From assembly GCF_053078305.1 (NCBI RefSeq), contig NZ_CP166879.1: a stretch of 64,000 nt of DNA; one strand, given 5' to 3'. The translations under genes and the position numbers were made by a program. Below the pieces are notes generated by a model that saw only the letters and a program-made list of their open reading frames with translations, was not told the origin of the DNA and did no database searches. Below are positions 35,033 to 47,929 of the stretch, in pieces; position 1 is the stretch's first letter; the number at the start of each line of letters is the position of its first letter.

Positions 35033-36682
35033 GTGAACTGGCGCAGAATCGTCTGGCTATTGGCGTTGGTTACTCTGCCAACGCTTGCGGAGGAGACGCC
35101 GTTACAACTGGTGCTGCGCGGTGCGCAGCACGATCAACTGTATCAGCTGTCGTCATCAGGCGTGACCAAAGTCTCAGCATTACCTGACTCGCTCACCACG
35201 CCGTTAGGGAGTTTGTGGAAACTGTATGTTTACGCCTGGCTGGAGGATACCCATCAACCGGAGCAGCCCTACCAGTGTCGCGGAAACTCCCCGGAAGAGG
35301 TTTATTGTTGTCAGGCTGGGGAGAGCATAACGCGCGATACCGCGCTGGTACGTTCCTGTGGGCTCTATTTTGCGCCGCAGCGGTTGCATATTGGCGCAGA
35401 TGTGTGGGGGCAATACTGGCAACAGCGTCAGGCACCTGCGTGGTTAGCGTCTCTTACTACGCTGAAGCCAGAAACCTCGGTAACGGTTAAATCGCTGCTT
35501 GATTCATTAGCGACGTTACCTGCGCAAAACACAGCTCAGGAAGTCTTACTGGAAGTGGTGCTGGACGAGGCGAAAATCGGTGTCGCATCCATGCTCGGTA
35601 GTCGGGTACGGGTGAAAACCTGGAGCTGGTTTGCCGATGATAAACAGGAAATCCGTCAGGGTGGTTTTGCTGGCTGGTTAACCGATGGTACACCGCTGTG
35701 GGTTACTGGCAGTGGCACCAGCAAAACGGTACTGACCCGTTATGCGACGGTGCTTAATCGGGTTTTGCCAGTGCCGACGCAAGTTGCCAGTGGGCAATGT
35801 GTAAAGGTGGAGCTGTTTGCCCGCTATCCGCTGAAGAAAATCACAGCGGAAAAGAGTACGACGGCAGTAAAACCCGGCGTACTTAATGGGCGCTATCGTG
35901 TGACGTTTACTAATGGTAACCACATTACGTTTGTCAGCCACGGTGAGACGACCTTACTGAGCGAAAAGGGCAAACTGAAATTGCAGTCGCATCTTGATCG
36001 TGAAGAGTACGTTGCCAGAGTTCTGGATCGCGAGGCGAAAAGTACGCCCCCTGAGGCAGCGAAAGCCATGACCGTGGCGATTCGCACTTTTTTACAGCAA
36101 AACGCCAATCGGGAAGGCGATTGCCTGACCATCCCTGACAGCAGCGCCACGCAGCGTGTTTCTGCTTCGCCAGCTACCACGGGGGCGCGAACGATGACCG
36201 CCTGGACGCAGGATCTCATCTATGCGGGCGATCCGGTTCATTATCACGGCAGTCGCGCTACCGAAGGGACGCTTTCCTGGCGGCAAGCCACGGCCCAGGC
36301 GGGACGGGGAGAGCGTTACGACCAGATACTCGCGTTTGCTTATCCCGACAACAGCCTTAGCCGCTGGGGAGCGCCACGCTCAACCTGTCAGTTATTACCC
36401 AAAGCGAAAGCCTGGCTGGCGAAAAAAATGCCGCAGTGGCGGCGTATATTACAAGGCGAGACGGGGTACAACGAACCAGACGTGTTTGCGGTCTGTCGTT
36501 TAGTCTCAGGTTTCCCCTATACCGATCGGCAGCAGAAACGGCTGTTTATTCGTAACTTCTTTACGCTTCAGGATCGGCTGGATTTAACCCATGAGTATCT
36601 GCACCTGGCCTTTGATGGTTATCCCACCGGGCTTGATGAGAACTATATCGAAACGCTGACCCGACAATTATTAATGGACTAA
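35033..36682 (+). CDS. yfaQ: DUF2300-type protein YfaQ
   Basis: 549-aa ORF starting on GTG directly after the yfaS stop. Confidence 0.8.
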   Translation: MNWRRIVWLLALVTLPTLAEETPLQLVLRGAQHDQLYQLSSSGVTKVSALPDSLTTPLGSLWKLYVYAWLEDTHQPEQPYQCRGNSPEEVYCCQAGESITRDTALVRSCGLYFAPQRLHIGADVWGQYWQQRQAPAWLASLTTLKPETSVTVKSLLDSLATLPAQNTAQEVLLEVVLDEAKIGVASMLGSRVRVKTWSWFADDKQEIRQGGFAGWLTDGTPLWVTGSGTSKTVLTRYATVLNRVLPVPTQVASGQCVKVELFARYPLKKITAEKSTTAVKPGVLNGRYRVTFTNGNHITFVSHGETTLLSEKGKLKLQSHLDREEYVARVLDREAKSTPPEAAKAMTVAIRTFLQQNANREGDCLTIPDSSATQRVSASPATTGARTMTAWTQDLIYAGDPVHYHGSRATEGTLSWRQATAQAGRGERYDQILAFAYPDNSLSRWGAPRSTCQLLPKAKAWLAKKMPQWRRILQGETGYNEPDVFAVCRLVSGFPYTDRQQKRLFIRNFFTLQDRLDLTHEYLHLAFDGYPTGLDENYIETLTRQLLMD

Positions 36683-36686
36683 TGCT

Positions 36687-37463
36687 ATGCGAAAGATTTT
36701 TCTTCCGTTGTTACTGGTGGCGCTTTCGCCTGTCGCTCACAGTGAAGGTGTGCAGGAAGTCGAGATTGACGCACCGCTCTCAGGCTGGCATCCGGCAGAG
36801 GGCGAAGATGCCAGTTTTTCACAATCGATCAATTACCCGGCGTCGTCCGTCAACATGGCAGATGATCAAAATATCTCAGCGCAGATCCGCGGAAAAATAA
36901 AGAATTATGCTGCGGCGGGTAAAGTTCAGCAGGGCCGGCTGGTGGTCAACGGTGCCAGTATGCCGCAGAGAATTGAATCCGATGGTTCATTTGCACGCCC
37001 TTATATTTTCACTGAAGGCAGCAACAGCGTGCAGGTCATCAGCCCGGATGGGCAAAGCCGACAAAAAATGCAGTTTTACTCAACGCCGGGTACAGGAACG
37101 ATTCGTGCACGTTTACGGCTGGTTCTCTCGTGGGATACGGACAATACCGATCTCGATCTCCATGTTGTCACGCCCGATGGAGAACACGCCTGGTACGGTA
37201 ACACCGTGCTGAAAAACAGTGGTGCACTGGATATGGATGTCACGACGGGGTATGGACCCGAGATTTTCGCCATGCCAGCGCCAGTTCACGGACGCTATCA
37301 GGTGTATATCAACTACTATGGCGGACGCAGCGAAACGGAATTAACCACCGCCCAACTGACGCTGATCACCGATGAAGGATCGGTCAATGAGAAACAGGAA
37401 ACATTTATTGTACCGATGCGTAATGCTGGCGAGCTGACGCTGGTGAAAAGTTTTGACTGGTGA
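36687..37463 (+). CDS. yfaP: DUF2135-type protein YfaP
   Basis: 258-aa ORF with signal peptide (MRKIFLPLLLVALSPVAHS). Confidence 0.85.
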   Translation: MRKIFLPLLLVALSPVAHSEGVQEVEIDAPLSGWHPAEGEDASFSQSINYPASSVNMADDQNISAQIRGKIKNYAAAGKVQQGRLVVNGASMPQRIESDGSFARPYIFTEGSNSVQVISPDGQSRQKMQFYSTPGTGTIRARLRLVLSWDTDNTDLDLHVVTPDGEHAWYGNTVLKNSGALDMDVTTGYGPEIFAMPAPVHGRYQVYINYYGGRSETELTTAQLTLITDEGSVNEKQETFIVPMRNAGELTLVKSFDW

Positions 37464-37519
37464 TCCATCCCTTCACACAACCTGGCTCTTTCTTTTTTCA
37501 GATAAGACTGCTGGGCGAT

Positions 37520-37559
37520 CTGCCGACGCCAGGATATAACCATTAACAAGCGTCGGCAG
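37520..37559. other. 10-bp perfect inverted repeat (ctgccgacgc ... gcgtcggcag) in the yfaP-rcsC gap
   Basis: Read directly; 20-nt loop, followed by a T-rich stretch. Possible terminator or scar. Confidence 0.4.
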
Positions 37560-37737
37560 ATTGGTCATTTCTTATTTTTCGTACTGAGAACTGTCCATTT
37601 ACTCCGGCTTTCCTGGTTAAGGCAATGGTTTCTAAGCGATACGCATTATTGCAATGGTGACAGAACATTGCGGTAACACGCTTTTACCGCTACCTTAACC
37701 ACACTCCATCGGTCACCTGAGGCGGAGCTTCGCCCCT

Positions 37738-40786
<3,049 letters not shown>

Positions 40787-41437
40787 TTAGTCTTTATCTG
40801 CCGGACTTAAGGTCACAGAAGAGAGATAATTCAGCAGGGCGATATCGTTCTCGACACCCAGCTTCATCATCGCAGATTTCTTCTGGCTACTGATGGTTTT
40901 AATACTGCGGTTCAGCTTTTTAGCGATCTCGGTCACCAGGAAGCCTTCCGCAAACAGGCGCAGAACTTCACTCTCTTTTGGCGAGAGACGCTTGTCACCG
41001 TAACCACCAGCACTGATTTTTTCCAACAGGCGAGAAACGCTTTCCGGGGTAAATTTCTTCCCTTTCTGCAGCGCGGCGAGAGCTTTCGGCAGATCGGTCG
41101 GTGCACCTTGTTTCAGCACGATCCCTTCGATATCCAGATCCAATACCGCACTAAGAATCGCCGGGTTGTTGTTCATGGTCAGAACAATGATCGACAGGCT
41201 TGGGAAATGGCGCTTGATGTACTTGATTAAGGTAATGCCATCGCCGTACTTATCGCCAGGCATGGAGAGATCGGTAATCAACACATGCGCATCCAGTTTC
41301 GGCAGGTTGTTGATCAGTGCTGTAGAGTCTTCAAATTCGCCGACAACATTCACCCACTCAATTTGCTCAAGTGATTTGCGAATACCGAACAAGACTATCG
41401 GATGGTCATCGGCAATAATTACGTTCATATTGTTCAT
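40787..41437 (-). CDS. rcsB: Rcs phosphorelay response regulator (LuxR/FixJ-type)
   Basis: 216-aa ORF (MNNMNVIIADDHPIVLFGIRKSLEQ...). Confidence 0.97.
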   Translation of the reverse strand: MNNMNVIIADDHPIVLFGIRKSLEQIEWVNVVGEFEDSTALINNLPKLDAHVLITDLSMPGDKYGDGITLIKYIKRHFPSLSIIVLTMNNNPAILSAVLDLDIEGIVLKQGAPTDLPKALAALQKGKKFTPESVSRLLEKISAGGYGDKRLSPKESEVLRLFAEGFLVTEIAKKLNRSIKTISSQKKSAMMKLGVENDIALLNYLSSVTLSPADKD

Positions 41438-41481
41438 GTACTTGCACCTATGTATTAACTATTTGATTTTAAAAATATATT

Positions 41482-42771
41482 CTATGCTTTGTTTAGTCGT
41501 TGGGGCACCTGTGGGACATAAGTACATAGCTTTCTGTTTAGTACTTCTACCTGGGACTGGTTATTGTCTTTCATCCATGCACCGTAAACATTGTAAACCA
41601 TCTGGGCATTCGCATGTCCCATCTGGTTGGCTATGAAGTTTGGATTTGCTCCGGCAGTTAAAGCCCAGCAAGCATAAGTATGCCGAGACTGATACGCTTT
41701 TCTATGGCGAATTTTTGCTCGTTTTAATGCAGATTCCCATGTTCTGTTGATGGATGTTACGGCATAATGAACTCCTGAGTTACCTGTGCGATCTAATATC
41801 TGAGGATTGAAAACAAAGCTGCATGAGTGAGTGCTTGTCCGGCCATACTCTCGCAGCTTTACTTCTATCTGATATTGTTTACCAAGCCTGGTTAATGTCG
41901 CCTGATTTTTTAATACGTCAATTGCTGGCTGTATGAGTTGTATTACCCTGTTTGTTCCTGCATCTGTTTTGGGTAGTGTAAATTCCTTTGTCTGAGTGTA
42001 ATTCCTTTTGACGGTCAAGGTACCCGCTTCCAGATCGATATCCTCCCATGCTAGCCCACACAGTTCGCCATGCCGCATCCCGGTATATACAGCCAGCGAC
42101 CAGAAATTTTTAGTTTGCTGGTGGTGGCACGCATCAATCAGTCTGGCAAACTCATCTTTTGTTAGTGGATCGGGAGGTGTTTTCGCTCTTTTCAGTGATG
42201 GAAGCTCACTGAAAGGGTTTTTGCCTATATACCCATTGTTTGCCGCAAAACGGAACATCCCGGAGATAATTGTCATATAGCTATTTACAGTAGGTACACT
42301 ACGACCTTTAATAGGCTTCCTCTGATTTTTTCCTGGCAACTGATATCCCGTTAATAATTCTTTACGAAAAATGAGAACATCTTCCTGTGTAATTGATGAT
42401 GCCAGTTTGTTCCCTCCAAGGCAGTCAAGGCAATTTCGGATAGCTGATTTGTATCTGACCATGGCATTTGCTGTTATTTCCATTTTCTTAAGCTCAAGCC
42501 ATTTTTCCGAAAGTGCCTTAATGGTTATCTCTTTTTTTCCCAGACCAAAATGTTTCAGGTTAGGGGAATTAGGGAACTGCGCGGCGTAGTCGAAGCTCCC
42601 CATTCTTATTGCAAAACAAACGGAAGTGCGAAGTTCACCTGCGATCTTCCGGTTTTTGGCGGTGTCAGGAACACCGAGGTTTTCTCTGACACGTTTGCCG
42701 TTATAGTGAAACCATATGCGGAGTGATCCTCCATGGTTTTCAACGCCTGTCGGGTATGATGCGTTACTCAT
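41482..42771 (-). CDS. int: phage integrase (tyrosine recombinase, Rac IntR-like)
   Basis: 429 aa. C-terminal catalytic region with ...HTYACWALTAGANPNFIANQMGHANAQMVYNVYGAW... (R-H-R-Y family pattern). Confidence 0.92.
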   Translation of the reverse strand: MSNASYPTGVENHGGSLRIWFHYNGKRVRENLGVPDTAKNRKIAGELRTSVCFAIRMGSFDYAAQFPNSPNLKHFGLGKKEITIKALSEKWLELKKMEITANAMVRYKSAIRNCLDCLGGNKLASSITQEDVLIFRKELLTGYQLPGKNQRKPIKGRSVPTVNSYMTIISGMFRFAANNGYIGKNPFSELPSLKRAKTPPDPLTKDEFARLIDACHHQQTKNFWSLAVYTGMRHGELCGLAWEDIDLEAGTLTVKRNYTQTKEFTLPKTDAGTNRVIQLIQPAIDVLKNQATLTRLGKQYQIEVKLREYGRTSTHSCSFVFNPQILDRTGNSGVHYAVTSINRTWESALKRAKIRHRKAYQSRHTYACWALTAGANPNFIANQMGHANAQMVYNVYGAWMKDNNQSQVEVLNRKLCTYVPQVPQRLNKA

Positions 42772-42804
42772 TAAACCTCCCAGACGTCCAGGAGCATTAA
42801 CAGG

Positions 42805-43059
42805 TTAACCGGAACTTGCATTTTTGGCACCTGGTTGTTTCTGGTTTTCGATCCAGCGCATAATTTCCTCAATGTTGTATACACATTCACTGAAAGGCCC
42901 GGGCTCTCCTTCTGCTGCGTAATGACGGTATTCTTTCCCCAGTAACCAGGATTTTTTTCTTGCTCTGGCAATGGTTCCTGATTTCAGTCCAGTTGCAGCA
43001 ATAAGGGTTCTTTCTGTGCACCATTTGCTGGGCGTTATCTGATAGATGATTGTTTCCAT
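42805..43059 (-). CDS. xis: excisionase-like small DNA-binding protein
   Basis: 84-aa ORF immediately upstream of int, with an HTH-like segment (TERTLIAATGLKSGTIARARKKSW). Confidence 0.5.
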   Translation of the reverse strand: METIIYQITPSKWCTERTLIAATGLKSGTIARARKKSWLLGKEYRHYAAEGEPGPFSECVYNIEEIMRWIENQKQPGAKNASSG

Positions 43060-43233
43060 TCCTGACTCACACTATCTTCAGGCCACGGCAGTGGCACCAC
43101 ACGTCAAACATTCGCTTTACAACTTCACGGCAGTAGAAGCCGTGAGCATCTCTGGTTAAATCGTATCGGTACCCGTATCTGAGTCGTATCCATATTTCAA
43201 ACTCGCGATTCACGACTTATTCTCCTGCTGTCT

Positions 43234-43476
43234 TTATGCCAGTTCATCCGGTTGCGCTGGGGCCCAGGCCTTCCGTGGCCTGTATTTGCGGCGTTTTCTG
43301 GCTTCAATGCGTATCTTTGTCACCCTGACTGGCTTTGGTTCGTGCCGGAACACTTTGTTTCTGATATTACGCCGTGTATTCATCATCCAGATAAAACGCT
43401 GGGTATGGTCGCATCCGTCATCAACGGTAATTACTGTGCGGACCAGTTCATCGTTAATATCAACCATTTCACCCAT
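43234..43476 (-). CDS. hypothetical phage protein (basic, 80 aa)
   Basis: ORF in the early-left operon; overlaps the next gene's stop. Confidence 0.5.
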   Translation of the reverse strand: MGEMVDINDELVRTVITVDDGCDHTQRFIWMMNTRRNIRNKVFRHEPKPVRVTKIRIEARKRRKYRPRKAWAPAQPDELA

Positions 43477-44371
43477 TCACTGAGCCCTCATACGCGAATT
43501 TCGTGGCTTCCATCAGTTGCGTCCATACCCATTCAAGAAATTGTGCGTTTTCTCCTGAGCGGTCATATTCATCGACGCTGCGGGGCTTGATGGTCGCCAG
43601 TAGTGGCACAATCCGGTACTTCATCTGTTCGGTTAACTTGTCCGGTACAAGTCGCCAGCCGTTATATTTCGATGGAACATGGTGGTATTCAGCCAGGAAG
43701 CGTCGTATATCGTTTTTCATTTCCTCGCATGAGTTCTGATCATGAAGTGCAGCGGAAAGCCAGCGTCCGATATATTCAGGGATTCGCACATCAAGTACTT
43801 TTTCTGCCGTCGTCAGCATTGCCTGTCGGCAGGCGTTCCAGCCGTTGACATAGTGACGTGTTGCATCCCATGAAACCTGCACATCAGGGTAAGCATCCTG
43901 TTCTGTTCTCACTGGCGGTATCTGAGGAACAGTGAATAGTGGACTGACGATATATTTATCCAGAGAGCCTCCCCGCTCTTCTGCAAGATTTTCCCACGAT
44001 GTCATTGTGGGGACCCTGTAACCTGCTTTTTTGTGCGTATACATCCATGCTACTCTGCCGTTATCATCTGCGGCGGCAATGCGCTGCCAGGCAGGATAAA
44101 GCGGGGTGTATGTTTCTCTGTCATTACGGGCGTCAGGCATGGCATCAATACTGCAAACTTCCCCCGTAAGGTTATTCAGCCAGGCCTTCGGGCTAATCTC
44201 TGACGTTACGATTTCATCCAGTTTTTTCTCCAGATTTTCTATGTGACTGATTAGCGCAAGGATAACTGGCGGAGTGGCAAGGGAGTGAAATGCTTCCAGA
44301 TCACATCCCTTGTCTCCATATACGGTATTTTGTGCGGCGTCACGCAGTGCTTTCAGATCAGCTTCTTTCAT
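43469..44371 (-). CDS. hypothetical phage early protein (300 aa)
   Basis: Long ORF with protein-like composition in the int-proximal early region. Confidence 0.6.
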   Translation of the reverse strand: MKEADLKALRDAAQNTVYGDKGCDLEAFHSLATPPVILALISHIENLEKKLDEIVTSEISPKAWLNNLTGEVCSIDAMPDARNDRETYTPLYPAWQRIAAADDNGRVAWMYTHKKAGYRVPTMTSWENLAEERGGSLDKYIVSPLFTVPQIPPVRTEQDAYPDVQVSWDATRHYVNGWNACRQAMLTTAEKVLDVRIPEYIGRWLSAALHDQNSCEEMKNDIRRFLAEYHHVPSKYNGWRLVPDKLTEQMKYRIVPLLATIKPRSVDEYDRSGENAQFLEWVWTQLMEATKFAYEGSVNG

Positions 44372-44592
44372 CGTTCAGACTCCCTTGTTGCTGTTTTGTA
44401 GGCGCGCAGGATGTCGCGTGTTTTTCCTGATAATGACGACTTAACCAGGAAAAAGCCGCTCCGGCTTTCTGTGATGTCCGGCGTGCACAGAAGTACCGCA
44501 TCAACGACACGATTATGTTTTCGCAATGTCAGGCGGGAACTGGTGATAATCAGTTTTGCCTGTTCGCCGTAATCGGTGAATGAAATAATCAT
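44368..44592 (-). CDS. hypothetical phage protein (74 aa)
   Basis: Internal ATG of ORF 44368..44802 (MIISFTDYGEQAKL...); the longer frame would overlap the next gene out of frame. Confidence 0.4.
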   Translation of the reverse strand: MIISFTDYGEQAKLIITSSRLTLRKHNRVVDAVLLCTPDITESRSGFFLVKSSLSGKTRDILRAYKTATRESER

Positions 44593-44608
44593 CTGATGGC
44601 GATCTCCG

Positions 44609-44971
44609 TTATGAAAGTGTTCCTGCTGGTTCAATGCTGATAATTTCTGCTGCAATAAGCATACCTGCCAGCCATGCTTCGCCGAGCATGTCCTCATCCG
44701 TACATGCAAGATCACCGATCTGTATTGTGGCCATAATGTTAGTTTCACCGGTATATTCATCCTGTGCTTCTTCATACGGCAGCTCTTCATAAAGGTTTTC
44801 AATTGCGCAGGTTATTACATCCAGTCCCGTCAGATTGCCGACAACGTCCACTTCAAATGTTTCGCGGTACTCCCATTGCCCGAGTGTCAGACGAACCGTC
44901 TGTCTTGCCATGCGCCTGCATAATGTCATGTTCGGGTCGTAGTTCATGATTGCCGCAGTAGTGCTATTCAT
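44609..44971 (-). CDS. hypothetical phage protein, acidic (about 120 aa)
   Basis: ORF 44609..45016; ATG at 44971 (MNSTTAAIMNYDP...) follows the upstream gene's stop by 4 nt. Confidence 0.5.
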   Translation of the reverse strand: MNSTTAAIMNYDPNMTLCRRMARQTVRLTLGQWEYRETFEVDVVGNLTGLDVITCAIENLYEELPYEEAQDEYTGETNIMATIQIGDLACTDEDMLGEAWLAGMLIAAEIISIEPAGTLS

Positions 44972-45833
44972 GTTCTGCCTCCGGTGTGTAAATAGCTTTG
45001 TCGTGTTTAAATTCACCGTTCCAGTTTTTCTTCATAGGGAGTTCACCGTTCATGTAAAACTGGTATAAACGGTGGCATCCTTTTTCCAGCAATACGGGGG
45101 TGAATTTCGTGAATGTTGCTTTCCCGTGTGGAGTGATCTGTACTGCTTCTTCGGTCAGGTATCTGTCACGGGCATAAGAGGCCGTGCGCCAGCGGGGTGT
45201 TTTCTCCGGATCGCGTTGTTCGTTGAATACCCATTTTCGGCCAGACAGCCACCACATTATCTGGCTGGTATTTACGCCGTTCAGCGCACGGCAGAACTGG
45301 GGAACAGTCATGCCTTTAGAGAAATGTTTTTCCAGACTGTCTACGGTTGCAGAGAGCGTTTTATTTTCCAGGGCCATAGCTTCAGCCCGTTCTTCGGCCT
45401 CAATAACCATCAACGCGAGTTCCTTGCGAGTGAGTACGCGCTGAACATCGATGTTTTCCCGCTGAGTGAAGTAGAACTCCACAAGGTCTTCGTGATAGTT
45501 CCACGCCTGATCCGTTTCCAGCAATTTTGCGTGGTTGGCTGCGCCGCGTTCGGTCCAGAGGATGAGGGATCGAACATTGCTGGCAATTTTCACAGAGTAG
45601 CTTTGAGATACTCTGTGCTTAAGTTCACGTAGTTCATCGCCTTCCAGCAAAAAATAATGCTTTCCAACAACGAATCGTTCTTCGTTTCGGGAATGATTCT
45701 GGCGAATACGGATTGGTGTTGCTCCATAACCTGCCGCCAGTTGTTCAGTGGTCACAACGCGTTGACCGCGATATTCGATAATTTGCAAATCACGGGCTGC
45801 CACCGGCACAAGTTCAGTTGATTTTTTCATCAT
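44964..45833 (-). CDS. phage antirepressor-like protein (ORF6N / KilA-type N-terminal domain suspected)
   Basis: 289 aa (MMKKSTELVPVAARDLQIIEYRGQRVVTTEQLAAGYGATPIRIRQNHSRN...). Assignment is from motif memory, not a search. Confidence 0.45.
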   Translation of the reverse strand: MMKKSTELVPVAARDLQIIEYRGQRVVTTEQLAAGYGATPIRIRQNHSRNEERFVVGKHYFLLEGDELRELKHRVSQSYSVKIASNVRSLILWTERGAANHAKLLETDQAWNYHEDLVEFYFTQRENIDVQRVLTRKELALMVIEAEERAEAMALENKTLSATVDSLEKHFSKGMTVPQFCRALNGVNTSQIMWWLSGRKWVFNEQRDPEKTPRWRTASYARDRYLTEEAVQITPHGKATFTKFTPVLLEKGCHRLYQFYMNGELPMKKNWNGEFKHDKAIYTPEAEHE

Positions 45834-45853
45834 TACACCTCACGAAAAGCTGA

Positions 45854-46438
45854 TTAGTGGAACACTCTGGTTTCCGGTTCTGAGTTGTCAGTGGCTTCAC
45901 TGATAAGCCCATCCAGAATCATGTGCATCGCTCTGTAACCTTCCATTGTGATGCCGGTTTTTTCGCCGTCGCCCAGAGCGCCGGTGAATGCTTTGTACAT
46001 AAGAATGCTTTTGAGCAGCCCTGATTCCGCTCCGTAAGTTTCTATGAGTGCCCATTCCATATAGTTCTGCATAGCGAGACGTAATGGTTTCAGGTAGATT
46101 GTCATGCCACCGTTGTGGCCTCTGTACATGGTGCCCTTGTCTGTACCGCCATTCTCGTTAAGCACTTCGGTCCAGCCGTTTCTGGTGAGCTGTTCAGAGA
46201 AGAACATGGCGGTATAAAGCCAGCGCCAGTACATGATTGTCTTTTCCGGCGCGAGCTCACCTGTCATGCCTTTTTCTTCTGCTTCACTGATGCAACACAC
46301 TATTTCCAGACCATGCCAGATCGGCTCGTCAAAACAGCCTTCATCGAGCATTTCCAGTGCTTTGTTGATATCAAGCAGTCCGTAAGGTGTGTGGATACCT
46401 TCAGCGGTAAGAAAAAATAACTGTTCAGTTGCAGTCAT
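45854..46438 (-). CDS. hypothetical phage protein
   Basis: ORF 45854..46627; ATG at 46438 (MTATEQLFFLTAEGIHTPYG...). Confidence 0.5.
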   Translation of the reverse strand: MTATEQLFFLTAEGIHTPYGLLDINKALEMLDEGCFDEPIWHGLEIVCCISEAEEKGMTGELAPEKTIMYWRWLYTAMFFSEQLTRNGWTEVLNENGGTDKGTMYRGHNGGMTIYLKPLRLAMQNYMEWALIETYGAESGLLKSILMYKAFTGALGDGEKTGITMEGYRAMHMILDGLISEATDNSEPETRVFH

Positions 46439-46985
46439 GGTTTGCTCTCTTCTTAAATGGTCTTTGCGCGACAAGCCGGCAATACTGATCAATCCAGGCG
46501 TTGTATTTTTCCATCCAGGCATCAAACTGTTTTCTGCGTGCAAGGATGCGCAACAGGCGATGAAAACAACGCCCGTGAGCTCTGTAGTATTCGGGCGTAA
46601 TTTCTCCCGGATGAAAGACTTCTCCATATTCCGGATGCATCAGGCGCTGGTCAGGCAGACGTTTTTCAAAACCTGAACTTTCGAATACCTTCGTTGTCAT
46701 AAAATGAGCGAGATGTATGATGGCCGTTTTTCGCGTGAAGCATTTCTTAACTTGTCCGTGGCGGCAGACTCTGTAAACAGGGCCGCAATCGAGTTCGTAT
46801 TTATGAAAAGCACGGTCGATTCCGGCATTATTTATTGCACTGTATTCCGTATCACTGAAGAAAGGTGGAAATACGATGTATCCTTCCATTGTCAGCGCCA
46901 GAACGCGCGGATCGGTTTCTGTCAGCCATTCGTTTTCTGTGAATTCTTCAGAATTAATTTCAATGATTTCAGGTTCTTCTTTCAT
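46425..46985 (-). CDS. hypothetical phage protein (186 aa)
   Basis: ORF with protein-like composition, operon-packed with its neighbours. Confidence 0.5.
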   Translation of the reverse strand: MKEEPEIIEINSEEFTENEWLTETDPRVLALTMEGYIVFPPFFSDTEYSAINNAGIDRAFHKYELDCGPVYRVCRHGQVKKCFTRKTAIIHLAHFMTTKVFESSGFEKRLPDQRLMHPEYGEVFHPGEITPEYYRAHGRCFHRLLRILARRKQFDAWMEKYNAWIDQYCRLVAQRPFKKRANHDCN

Positions 46986-47157
46986 GGTTACTCCGTGTTC
47001 ATCCGGTGTTAATTACTTTTATTCACTCTGAGCGCAGCCAGAAGATGTGGCTCAGCAATTCGTTTGTTGCGATATATCTGTGATACAGCCTGGCCTTTTC
47101 AGGTTGTAAAAATCCCCGACAATAAAGCTGTAAATTAATTACTGTTCTTAAATAATG

Positions 47158-47352
47158 TTATTCGTTTTCAGTCCGGCACAGATGCTTTTCTGCTTTGTCT
47201 GCTGTACAGGATAATGAGCGGAAAAGACAATTCATCATGTTTAGCGCATCTGGTGAACCAATATCACCGCTGTCAATAATCACCTGTAACAAAGACAGGC
47301 TTTCTGTTATCTCGCAGTGGACATTATCGAGTACTTCAACGCAATTATTCAT
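47158..47352 (-). CDS. small hypothetical phage protein (64 aa)
   Basis: Shares a pattern with the 47930..48130 product (...SGD.G..D...C.RS...T..KA). Confidence 0.4.
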   Translation of the reverse strand: MNNCVEVLDNVHCEITESLSLLQVIIDSGDIGSPDALNMMNCLFRSLSCTADKAEKHLCRTENE

Positions 47353-47392
47353 TTTTCATTATCTCCGTTATTCCGGGGGAGGAGCTATGCTG

Positions 47393-47755
47393 TTAATGAT
47401 TAACGCATCTGGTAATATGCCCCTCTTTAATGTAATCGATGCATTCATTCAAAAGTTCATCAATGATTAACTTTCCTGATTCAGTCAGATACTCACCATG
47501 TTGGTTGATACCGACAGCATCCTGGTATGCAGTGCGTATTGCTGTTTCACCATCTTTCCGCCCAAACTCACCACGGGTAACGCCTTCAAATCGTAATAGC
47601 AACTGGTTTATGAACTGTTCTGTTATTTCAATAGTTGTTAACTCTCCATCATGACGCTTTACAGTGAGGAGATTACTTCCTGTTTTTCGTTTCATCCGCC
47701 GCAGTGCTGCAACCGTTATGCGGCGACGATATGCAGAAATGTATTTATCTTTCAT
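47393..47755 (-). CDS. hypothetical phage protein (120 aa)
   Basis: ORF in the leftward early operon. Confidence 0.45.
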   Translation of the reverse strand: MKDKYISAYRRRITVAALRRMKRKTGSNLLTVKRHDGELTTIEITEQFINQLLLRFEGVTRGEFGRKDGETAIRTAYQDAVGINQHGEYLTESGKLIIDELLNECIDYIKEGHITRCVNH

Positions 47756-47929
47756 TTGTTATTTCCCGTATGCCTTTTTGAGAAACAATACTGCAACTGA
47801 CCAGTATCCGGCATCAGCCATTAATAAAGCGGTTTTATAGGCATGTTTGTCTTTCATGTGTCATCCCCATTTTTAAATAGTGAGAATTCACGACCGCAGA
47901 CCGTCATGTTTTTATGTATGATTGTCTGT

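Noticed and set aside
42771-42971. 66-aa ORF overlapping the xis-like gene in another frame
   Set aside because: Alternative frame of the same region; the 84-aa frame has the HTH-like segment.
44368-44802. Full 144-aa ORF 44368..44802
   Set aside because: Its N-terminal half overlaps the better-supported 44609..44971 gene out of frame; only the C-terminal 74 codons from ATG 44592 were kept.
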